Below, one piece after another: positions 1 to 7,004 of a stretch of 35,604 bases of DNA. The notes beneath the pieces were generated by a model that worked only from the letters and a program-made list of their open reading frames with translations, had not been told where the DNA came from and did not search any database. Within the stretch, counting starts at the first letter, position 1, and every line of letters begins with the position of its first letter. Both the position numbers and the translations under genes were made by a program. Source of the stretch: a virus. Taxonomy: Duplodnaviria > Caudoviricetes. The DNA lies in IMG/VR virus record IMGVR_UViG_3300016472_000312, positions 1 through 35,604 of that record. The stretch is one strand, 5' to 3'.

Positions 1-21
1 AGCGAAATTTGGAAATCGAAA
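1..21. repeat. 21-bp terminal direct repeat (circular overlap), copy 1
   Basis: agcgaaatttggaaatcgaaa at 1-21 is identical to 35584-35604. Confidence 0.97.
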
Positions 22-233
22 AAACCGAGTTATGGTCTAAATCAAATTTGGCCGAACAAGGTTTGTCAGTAATGACCCCAGCCGAGGTTGCAAGAAAGAA
101 AGTTGTCCGCGTTGAATTGAAGATTATTGAAGATGCTCTGTGGGCTAAGGATTGCTTCGACATAAAAACCGCAACGCCAGAGCAAGCGCGTGAAATTTTG
201 GCAATTACCAGCAAACCAAAGTTTGCGCTGTAG
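1..233 (+). CDS. Hypothetical early protein, 3' part (82 aa when joined across the circular junction from ATG 35568)
   Basis: ATG ACA TAC GAA CAA AAG CGA AAT TTG... reads in frame through the junction into the 9..233 ORF; AGGA RBS upstream of 35568. Confidence 0.8.
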   Translation, partial: RNLEIEKTELWSKSNLAEQGLSVMTPAEVARKKVVRVELKIIEDALWAKDCFDIKTATPEQAREILAITSKPKFAL

Positions 234-250
234 ATTGAGGACTAACCAAG

Positions 251-436
251 ATGACTACCACTATCAGCGTCAAATTTGACGCAACACAATTACCCGAATG
301 TGCGCAACGTAATAAAAACGTTGTTGCCCTTTGCGAAAAAAATTATGAGTTTCGCTGCGAGGTATGCAGCGCAAAAAGCGAAGCGATGAAACGGCTGTGT
401 ATACGCACAGCAAACACGGCAGCAGGTGACTACTAA
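251..436 (+). CDS. Small Cys-rich hypothetical protein (possibly Zn-binding)
   Basis: 61 aa, GAGG RBS, CEVC plus further Cys residues. Confidence 0.65.
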   Translation: MTTTISVKFDATQLPECAQRNKNVVALCEKNYEFRCEVCSAKSEAMKRLCIRTANTAAGDY

Positions 437-500
437 ACAAACACCCCCCCCACGCGGCGACTAACCACAGCTTCCGCGTGAGGGGAGATAGCTCATTATA

Positions 501-860
501 ATGAACATCTCCGACCTCATCTCATACCCGCCCGCCTACGGCATCGACCTTGATAGCGATCAAGTTGAAGCCGCATTAGCCGCCGCCAATCTCGACCCGC
601 AAACATGCACTATCGACCAAGCCATCACAGCCTGCCAAGAGTTCGGGCAGCACCCCACGCGAGGCGGCAAGCGCCCCAACAGTGGTGCGCCGACTGGCAA
701 CAGCAACAGCAAAAAAGAAATCGTTAGAGATATTTCTTTGACGATGCGCCTGAGCCAAGAGGAATACGACACAATCGCCACCGCAACGGGCGATAAAAAA
801 ATAGGCACGTGGCTGCGCGAGGTAGCGCTAGCCGCTGCGCTTCATTCTTCTTTCTCCTAA
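501..860 (+). CDS. Ribbon-helix-helix DNA-binding protein with basic Gly-rich motif
   Basis: RGGKRPNSGAPTGNSNSKK followed by ISLTMRLSQEEYDTI...IGTWLREVAL (beta-alpha-alpha RHH pattern). Confidence 0.65.
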   Translation: MNISDLISYPPAYGIDLDSDQVEAALAAANLDPQTCTIDQAITACQEFGQHPTRGGKRPNSGAPTGNSNSKKEIVRDISLTMRLSQEEYDTIATATGDKKIGTWLREVALAAALHSSFS

Positions 861-1018
861 ACAGCGACCCCGCCGCCCCGTTCAGCGCGGCGGGTGATGT
901 CGCCGCCGTTTTCAATCTTGCTAATCATGGCTTGGCTGTAGCCAGCGGCAACGGCAAAACTATCTTGCGTAAACGCCTTGCGCTTGCGTTCCGCCGCTAG
1001 CCATTGCCCAAATTTCAT
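857..1018 (-). CDS. XRE/Cro-CI family HTH regulator, 53 aa (not in ORF track)
   Basis: Manual translation MKFGQWLAAERKRKAFTQDSFAVAAGYSQAMISKIENGGDITRRAERGGGVAV*; classic TQ..A...G.SQ..ISKIENG motif. Confidence 0.8.
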   Translation of the reverse strand: MKFGQWLAAERKRKAFTQDSFAVAAGYSQAMISKIENGGDITRRAERGGGVAV

Positions 1019-1024
1019 ATCATT

Positions 1025-1053
1025 ATTCTATCCCACATGATAACACTTTGCAA
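1025..1053 (-). promoter_or_regulatory. Sigma70-type promoter for the XRE gene (probably leaderless)
   Basis: Minus strand TTGCAA-17 nt-TAGAAT; predicted +1 falls at the A of ATG 1018. Confidence 0.6.
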
Positions 1054-1100
1054 ATATTTATTTATGTATATTACAAAAGTAATATAATTACAACCAGCAA

Positions 1101-1283
1101 ATGAATATGAAAAGATTTGATACTACGTTAAGCATACCTATAACAAAGGAGTTGAGAACCAAGCTTCAACGCTTGGCAGTATTGGCGACAGTCGAACGCG
1201 GCGACACCGTTACCGTTACCGAACTGACGCGAGACATCATTAGCAAATTTATTGAAAACGCAGCAGCAACGCAAACTTCTTGA
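1101..1283 (+). CDS. Small RHH-like regulator, divergent from XRE gene
   Basis: TTLSIPITKELRTKLQRLA...VTELTRDIISKFI beta-alpha-alpha pattern. Confidence 0.6.
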   Translation: MNMKRFDTTLSIPITKELRTKLQRLAVLATVERGDTVTVTELTRDIISKFIENAAATQTS

Positions 1284-1286
1284 ACT

Positions 1287-2465
1287 ATGAACACCGCCAA
1301 CATCGACGACATCAAAATACCATCGCACCGCAAAGCACGAGGCTCAATAGAGGAACTAGCAAACAGCATAAAAGAATTAGGATTATTGAATCCTATAACA
1401 ATCACCTCAGACTTTGCGCTTGTCGCTGGATATCACCGGTATCTGGCTTGTAAAAGTTTGGGGTGGAAAGAGATACCGACCGTCACGATACACGTTGACG
1501 GGCTACGGGCCGAACTTGCAGAGATAGACGAAAATCTTATACGCAACGAATTGAGCGTGATAGATAGGGGCGAGAATCTAGTAAAGCGCAAAAGGATTTA
1601 CGAAGCGCTTTATCCGCAAACAAAACGGGGAACGGCTGGGGCAATGTCGCGTTGGGGAACCGATGCAACTGCAGAATCTGCAGTTGCATCATTCAACAAA
1701 GATACCGCCACAAAGACCGGAATATCAGAACGTGGAATATTTGTAGACATTCAAATAGCCAACGACATTGCGCCCGCCGTAAAAGACATCATCCGTGATA
1801 CTGATTTAGCCGACAGGAAAACCGACCTACTCAGCATCTCGCGCCTTTCGCCCGATCACCAAATGCAAGTCGCACAAAAAATACTTTCTGGGGTGAACAC
1901 AGTATCAGAAGCAAGGCGGCAAGTATTGGTAGAGACGGCCCCACCGCCGCCGCAAATGCCATCAAATAAGTATCGCGTTATTTACGCCGACCCGCCTTGG
2001 TCATACGGCAACACTCAGCCAGATTATTTCACCGAGCAGCGCGACCACTACATGACAATGCCGCTACCGGATATATGTAACATGCCCATTAAGGCATTAG
2101 CAGAAGATAACGCTGTATTGTTTATGTGGGTAACATCCCCGATACTAGAAGAATCCTTCCAAGTTGTAAGCGCATGGGGATTTAAATATAAATCTTCGTT
2201 TGTGTGGGACAAAATTTTGCATAACATGGGTCACTACAACAGCGTAAGGCACGAGATACTTTTAGTCTGCACTCGCGGAAGCTGCCAGCCGGATATAAGG
2301 AAATTATTTGATTCGGTTTACAGCGAGGAAAGAACACAGCACAGCAAGAAGCCAGAACATTTCCGAAATGTGATCGATACGATCTACCCCAACGGGCGGC
2401 GCATCGAATTGTTTGCCCGAAATGTTACCGCTAAGGGGTGGGATGTTTATGGAAATCAAGCCTAG
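1287..2465 (+). CDS. ParB-like N-terminal domain + HTH fused to MT-A70-family N6-adenine methyltransferase
   Basis: LLNPITI...AGYHRYLA...EIDENLIR (ParB/Srx); YRVIYADPPW, LFMWVT, WGFKYK, HSKKPE, IELFAR (MT-A70). Confidence 0.9.
   Translation: MNTANIDDIKIPSHRKARGSIEELANSIKELGLLNPITITSDFALVAGYHRYLACKSLGWKEIPTVTIHVDGLRAELAEIDENLIRNELSVIDRGENLVKRKRIYEALYPQTKRGTAGAMSRWGTDATAESAVASFNKDTATKTGISERGIFVDIQIANDIAPAVKDIIRDTDLADRKTDLLSISRLSPDHQMQVAQKILSGVNTVSEARRQVLVETAPPPPQMPSNKYRVIYADPPWSYGNTQPDYFTEQRDHYMTMPLPDICNMPIKALAEDNAVLFMWVTSPILEESFQVVSAWGFKYKSSFVWDKILHNMGHYNSVRHEILLVCTRGSCQPDIRKLFDSVYSEERTQHSKKPEHFRNVIDTIYPNGRRIELFARNVTAKGWDVYGNQA
1662..1690. repeat. Perfect 14-bp inverted repeat inside the ParB-MTase gene
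   Basis: GATGCAACTGCAGA-A-TCTGCAGTTGCATC. Confidence 0.9.
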
Positions 2466-2988
2466 AGCAATTTACCCAGACGCGAAGCACATAGACGCGC
2501 TTGAAGTTGGACTTGAGTTTCAGGATTTTGTTTGTGCCGCCCTAGCAAAAGAGGGAATCATCTTGCAAAACTTATCCTCAAGGCGATACCAGCAAAACAC
2601 CGGAGAGAATTTGCAAGGATTTGAAATCAAGCTGGACAACCGATGGTCAGACACGGGCCGACTCAGCATTGAGACCGCAGAAAAAACAAGCGCAAGCCGC
2701 GAGAGTTTTGTTCGAAGTGGGATATACAGACAAGACAACACTTGGCTGTATATCCAAGGCAACTACAAAGGAATATTTATATTTGCAAAAAACACACTTC
2801 AGGGATTGCACCGAAGAACCGACAAACCATATGAAACAAAAGAAATGCCAACAATACAAACCTTTTATTTACCAGTGGCCGACTGCATTAAATACGCTGC
2901 AAAATCTATTTGGTTTTGCCAAATTACAAAACAAAAATTTATACCCATTCGTGATCTAGCCGAGACGCGAATCATGCAAAAGAATTAA
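2449..2988 (+). CDS. Putative PD-(D/E)XK nuclease-fold protein coupled to the methyltransferase
   Basis: GLEFQDFV...GFEIKLD...TGRLSIET; overlaps the MTase stop; start ATG 2443/2449 preferred over 2413. Confidence 0.5.
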   Translation: MEIKPRAIYPDAKHIDALEVGLEFQDFVCAALAKEGIILQNLSSRRYQQNTGENLQGFEIKLDNRWSDTGRLSIETAEKTSASRESFVRSGIYRQDNTWLYIQGNYKGIFIFAKNTLQGLHRRTDKPYETKEMPTIQTFYLPVADCIKYAAKSIWFCQITKQKFIPIRDLAETRIMQKN

Positions 2989-3000
2989 AGTAGTAGACAC

Positions 3001-3945
3001 ATGAAACTATCACCAGAGGCCATAGAATTAAGGGCCATCGTCGATGAGCTGGACGATGTGCAATTAACCGCCAGTCAGCTCAGACAAATGACCGACAAGA
3101 GATTCAATCTTGAGCAATGCCGTTGGGCCCTCGAGTACGCCGGTAAATTACTGCGTGTGGGCCGTTACAAAATTATGTACCCTGAGGCCGAAGCGTATGT
3201 CCGAGAGTCGCCGACCAAAATAAAAACCTCCTACATTCGCGAGAAATTCGGCATTAGCGCGTCTGCCGCATTAGGCATTTTGAAACGCCACGACCGCTTA
3301 GACCGCGTCTACACCATTAAGCCGAGGGGCGACAAACCGCTTATACTCAAGCTCGCAAACGGTCAGCAAATAACCGCCCGCGAGCTTTCGCAAAGAGCAA
3401 AAAACGCCGGGATCAATGTAGACACCAAGCTTTGCCGAAAGATTTTGCTGAACGCTGAATTATTAAAACGCGACAAGCTCGGCACTTGCAAATATCCCCA
3501 CGTTTACGATTATGTCAAAAATAGCCCGCCAATTTCAGCTGCCGATCTTGCCAAAAAATTTGGGCTATCAAACAAAGCCGCGCATAACATTTTGAGCCGC
3601 TGCAAAAAACGTGGCTACGAAAAAACAATAATTGACAAAGCCAATGAACTGCCAGAGCCAATCACCGTTAAAGAATTTCAGGAAATGACCGGATGCTTAA
3701 GAAATACAGCCTACAGCGCGCTGATTCGCGCCGGTAAATTTAAGAAAAAAACATCCAAACCCAAGCCACAAAATGCAACACCGCCGCCGCGAAGAACAAA
3801 AGTTGTCGCGGCGACAAAGCCAGTTGCAGAACCACCACCACCCCCACCACCCAAACCAAAACAACAAACTCACCCCATTGCCATATTATTTGAGGCATGG
3901 AAGGCTAAAAATGATCCCCACACTACCCAACGGTTTACCCGTTAA
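3001..3945 (+). CDS. Basic protein with about five tandem HTH-like modules and a Pro-rich C-terminal linker
   Basis: Repeated (I/L)(T/S)A.(E/D)(L/F)...FG.S...A...L...GK(L/F) units; PPPPPPPKPK. Confidence 0.6.
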   Translation: MKLSPEAIELRAIVDELDDVQLTASQLRQMTDKRFNLEQCRWALEYAGKLLRVGRYKIMYPEAEAYVRESPTKIKTSYIREKFGISASAALGILKRHDRLDRVYTIKPRGDKPLILKLANGQQITARELSQRAKNAGINVDTKLCRKILLNAELLKRDKLGTCKYPHVYDYVKNSPPISAADLAKKFGLSNKAAHNILSRCKKRGYEKTIIDKANELPEPITVKEFQEMTGCLRNTAYSALIRAGKFKKKTSKPKPQNATPPPRRTKVVAATKPVAEPPPPPPPKPKQQTHPIAILFEAWKAKNDPHTTQRFTR

Positions 3946-4207
3946 CCCAAAATTGTTTGACAATATCATCAACGGCATCGCCCAACCATCAGAACCCAAT
4001 ACCCGCGTATCTAAAATCCCTGCGCCCGTCAATTTGCCACGCCGCCTAAATTATCATTATGGCGACATCCGCCAACACGCCGCAAGACTCTCGCGCAAAT
4101 ATACCGCCGCTGAATATTGCAAACTGTATGCGCCTAACGCCAACTATCACGGCGTTAGGCGTGTATTGAAAGAGGCTGGCAAACTTCAAGAACGAGGCCA
4201 ATCATGA
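3911..4207 (+). CDS. Hypothetical protein with one HTH-like module similar to those of the upstream gene
   Basis: YTAAEYCKLYAPNANYHGVRRVLKEAGKL; ATG 3911 preferred; ATGA overlap with thyX. Confidence 0.55.
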   Translation: MIPTLPNGLPVNPKLFDNIINGIAQPSEPNTRVSKIPAPVNLPRRLNYHYGDIRQHAARLSRKYTAAEYCKLYAPNANYHGVRRVLKEAGKLQERGQS

Positions 4208-4905
4208 GCGACCTCATCGGCAAGCGCATCCCGCTATTAGACAAAGGCTGGGTCGAACTGCTCGACATCATGCCGCATCCAGCGACAGGCATCAGCCCAG
4301 AAACCGCCATTGTCAACGCCGCCCGAACTTCGTTTAATGGCGAGAGCAAAGGCGTAGTCCAAGACACAAAGCTGTTGCTTTACCTGCTCGATCATCGCCA
4401 TACATCACCCTTCGAGCAAGCCCAAATGAAATTCAGAATACACGCGCCCGTCGTCACGTGGTGGCAGTTAGTCCGCCACCGCACATTCTCGCTGAATCTG
4501 CAATCGGGACGGTATACCGAGTTCGCAGAAGATAGTTTTTACATGCCGGATGTATGGCGCAAACAATCACCATCGAACAAACAAGCTAGCCTTGGACAAC
4601 TGAGCGATGAGCAAAGCGCCGATCTAACCACGCAGTTAGTCGAACACTACGAACGCAGCTACGCCATGTATCAGAACGCACTAGCGCAAGGCGTAGCCCG
4701 CGAACAAGCGCGGCTATTTTTACCCGCTTGGGCCAGCTACTACACCGGTATTGTTAGCGTCGATGCGCATAACCTAATGCACTTTCTCAGCCTGCGCCGC
4801 GCGTCTGAGGCTCAATATGAGATACGTGTATACGCCGAAGCAATCTACGAACATTTCTTCAAACCTCACATGCCGGTAACGGCTGAATGGATGGAGTCAA
4901 AATAA
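4204..4905 (+). CDS. thyX: FAD-dependent thymidylate synthase
   Basis: ThyX signature RHRTFSLNLQSGRY; HTSPFE; AREQARLFLP; AQYEIR. Confidence 0.95.
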   Translation: MSDLIGKRIPLLDKGWVELLDIMPHPATGISPETAIVNAARTSFNGESKGVVQDTKLLLYLLDHRHTSPFEQAQMKFRIHAPVVTWWQLVRHRTFSLNLQSGRYTEFAEDSFYMPDVWRKQSPSNKQASLGQLSDEQSADLTTQLVEHYERSYAMYQNALAQGVAREQARLFLPAWASYYTGIVSVDAHNLMHFLSLRRASEAQYEIRVYAEAIYEHFFKPHMPVTAEWMESK

Positions 4906-5585
4906 TGGATACATTCTGGTTTATCGACGAGTTTGGCACAATCAAAGAAGCTGCCGACCCAACACCACCAGCCGGATTCGCACCCGTCGAATACAGCAGC
5001 AAGCCCGAAACGCTAAGGACGCAGCAGCCCCGCAAAACAGCTATCCTCAGCGGCGACGACATCCGCCGCCTGTGCCAAGGCCACAAGCCAATGATCAGCC
5101 CGTTTGGCGAGAAATTCCGCTGGCACGGCATAAGCGGAGGGCTAGATTATCACGGCTACTGTATTACGCTTAGTGATCAGTGGTCAGTGATGACCGCGCC
5201 AAGAATCGACACGGCGGACATTGGCGCATCAGACAAACACATCAAGCTAATCACCAATGACACATTCACACTCGCGCCCAATGCAAGCGTTCTTGCAGTA
5301 TCAGCCGAGCGCTTCATCATGCCGCGCAATGTCATGGCGCTATCGTATGGCAAATCGACGCTTGCACGAATTCACGTTGTGACAACAATCACGCCGATTG
5401 AAGCGGGATGGGAGGGGTATCTGACAATCGAAATCAGCAACAAAAACAAGATGTCTGAGGTCGATCTTCATGCCGGTCTGCCCATCACCCAGCTAGTATT
5501 TTTCTGGGTCACCGCTGGCAGCGGCTACGACGGCATCTATCAGCACCAGCAGCAAGCGCCAACACCGGCGTTAGGCAACAAGTGA
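4905..5585 (+). CDS. dcd: dCTP deaminase (with N-terminal extension)
   Basis: ISGGLDYHGY, GKSTLAR, TPIEAGWEGYLTIEI, QLVF, Y.G.YQ.Q. Confidence 0.88.
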   Translation: MDTFWFIDEFGTIKEAADPTPPAGFAPVEYSSKPETLRTQQPRKTAILSGDDIRRLCQGHKPMISPFGEKFRWHGISGGLDYHGYCITLSDQWSVMTAPRIDTADIGASDKHIKLITNDTFTLAPNASVLAVSAERFIMPRNVMALSYGKSTLARIHVVTTITPIEAGWEGYLTIEISNKNKMSEVDLHAGLPITQLVFFWVTAGSGYDGIYQHQQQAPTPALGNK

Positions 5586-5806
5586 TGCACCCAACCAACA
5601 CCGCCGCGCTTATCGCTCATCTTCTGCCAGTTGCCAACGGCATAGGCTGGCTGATAGCGCGAGCCAGTGAAACGAAATTAGTAATAAATTTAATTAGCGA
5701 CATGCCCGACGATGTGACATCGCACATCGCAGACGCGGCGACAATTGAATTAATTAAGTGCGAGTTGATAGAAAAGACGCGAGTTTACAGAACGAATGAG
5801 TATTGA
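5582..5806 (+). CDS. Hypothetical protein
   Basis: 74 aa ORF coupled to dcd stop, followed by terminator. Confidence 0.5.
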   Translation: MMHPTNTAALIAHLLPVANGIGWLIARASETKLVINLISDMPDDVTSHIADAATIELIKCELIEKTRVYRTNEY

Positions 5807-5808
5807 CA

Positions 5809-5834
5809 AAAAGCCCTGCAAACGCAGGGCTTTT
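5809..5834 (+). terminator. Intrinsic (bidirectional) terminator
   Basis: AAAAGCCCTGC-AAAC-GCAGGGCTTTT. Confidence 0.85.
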
Positions 5835-5857
5835 AATTTGCTTTACATTAAAATAGC

Positions 5858-5886
5858 TTGACTTTTGTAATACATCGTCATACAAT
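5858..5886 (+). promoter_or_regulatory. Sigma70-type promoter
   Basis: TTGACT-17 nt-TACAAT, ending 9 nt before ATG 5896. Confidence 0.8.
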
Positions 5887-5895
5887 GAATACATC

Positions 5896-6117
5896 ATGAG
5901 CAAGACAATAACAGTTAGAATCCCAAACAATTTACTTACCGAGATCGATATCTTGGCATCTCGCTTGTCTCCATTTCGGCCAAATGTAAGTCAAGCAATT
6001 TTATTTCTATTGCATGAGGGTTTACAGTCAAAGGCTATAAAATCCACAGAGTCATTTTGTGGGCAAGTGCAGCAACCCGACTTTCAGGAACTTGCACACT
6101 CATTGCAAAATAAATAA
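5896..6117 (+). CDS. CopG/RHH-family regulator
   Basis: KTITVRIPNNLLTEIDILA...VSQAILFLLHEGL. Confidence 0.75.
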   Translation: MSKTITVRIPNNLLTEIDILASRLSPFRPNVSQAILFLLHEGLQSKAIKSTESFCGQVQQPDFQELAHSLQNK

Positions 6118-6147
6118 GTGCGCAATGTAATTTTAATGTTTAGAGTA

Positions 6148-6176
6148 TCGACAATTGTCTTACAATGTAATACAAT
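6148..6176 (+). promoter_or_regulatory. Sigma70-type promoter with TACAATGTA direct repeats
   Basis: TCGACA-17 nt-TACAAT; TACAATGTA at 6161 and 6171; hairpin ATACCCGCT...AGCGGGTAT at 6191-6221. Confidence 0.7.
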
Positions 6177-6238
6177 GTAGACACAAATAAATACCCGCTC
6201 ATGCGACAACATAGCGGGTATAGCCGAAGGAGACCAAA

Positions 6239-6448
6239 ATGAAACAACAAAATTATAACACTCAATACAAAGCATGGGCGGCGGCCGTAGCCGCCACCAA
6301 AGCCGCGCTCATAGCGCGTGGCTATACCCCAGCCAAGGCGCAAAAATGCGCCCTCGACCGCAACAAATCATCACACCCAGCAGCACGAGCCGCCATTCGC
6401 CGCAATCTGTCGCTTAACCGCGATTACATCCAAGGCGGTGCGCAATGA
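6239..6448 (+). CDS. Small basic hypothetical protein (ends GGAQ)
   Basis: Strong AAGGAG RBS; 69 aa. Confidence 0.75.
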   Translation: MKQQNYNTQYKAWAAAVAATKAALIARGYTPAKAQKCALDRNKSSHPAARAAIRRNLSLNRDYIQGGAQ

Positions 6449-6528
6449 AGAACTTATTGCCAATCGGTTCTTTTTTAGCGTCCATTACTTCATTTTTTGA
6501 AGTAATGATCGTAGGCGGTGCGCAATGA
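6445..6528 (+). CDS. 27-aa hydrophobic peptide (ends GGAQ)
   Basis: MKNLLPIGSFLASITSFFEVMIVGGAQ*; ATGA-coupled on both sides. Confidence 0.55.
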   Translation: MKNLLPIGSFLASITSFFEVMIVGGAQ

Positions 6529-6722
6529 ACAAAAATAAATTGCTAGAACTGCTTGAGCAGTTTTACGAAACTCAAAAATGTAAGGATATTCTGGCGTGTT
6601 GCCTAGTTGATCTAGGCAAAAACAAAGGCAAGGAATATGACGAAGAAGCAATCCTAGAAGCGATTGCTAAAAGTTTCGAGTGGGCAGTTGAAAGAATCAT
6701 CGCCCAAGGCGGTGCGCAATGA
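6525..6722 (+). CDS. Small hypothetical protein (ends GGAQ)
   Basis: 65 aa, ATGA-coupled. Confidence 0.7.
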   Translation: MNKNKLLELLEQFYETQKCKDILACCLVDLGKNKGKEYDEEAILEAIAKSFEWAVERIIAQGGAQ

Positions 6723-6814
6723 ACAGAGACAAAACGGAGAACCCGCTTTATTGCGGGTGTTACGCAATTGCGTTTTGCATCCTAATTGGTATGTTAATTA
6801 TTTTTATATTTTAA
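6719..6814 (+). CDS. 31-aa single-TM peptide
   Basis: MNRDKTENPLYCGCYAIAFCILIGMLIIFIF*; starts in the repeated junction motif. Confidence 0.55.
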   Translation: MNRDKTENPLYCGCYAIAFCILIGMLIIFIF

Positions 6815-6816
6815 TC

Positions 6817-6969
6817 ATGGCATACGTAATTGCTGGGGAAATCGTCTTCGACGATCTTCCCGAATACCCCGAAGAAAACACTTACGAGGCCAATCGAATG
6901 GCTTACGAAAGCGACATTGACGACGGCATGACCGTCGAAGACATTATCAACCTTGACCTCCCATTCTGA
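6817..6969 (+). CDS. 50-aa acidic protein ending in DLPF (SSB C-tail-like)
   Basis: MAYVIAGEIVFDDLPEYPEENTYEANRMAYESDIDDGMTVEDIINLDLPF*. Confidence 0.6.
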   Translation: MAYVIAGEIVFDDLPEYPEENTYEANRMAYESDIDDGMTVEDIINLDLPF

Positions 6970-6973
6970 AATC

Positions 6974-6994
6974 GCCAGCGGCATAGCCGCTGGC
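6974..6994 (+). terminator. GC-rich hairpin (possible terminator or processing site)
   Basis: GCCAGCGGC-ATA-GCCGCTGGC followed by ACTTT. Confidence 0.5.
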
Positions 6995-7004
6995 ACTTTA
7001 AATT

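Noticed and set aside
6664-6816. N-terminal half of the 101-aa ORF 6664..6969
   Set aside because: Overlaps two better-supported coupled ORFs; the real gene probably starts at ATG 6817
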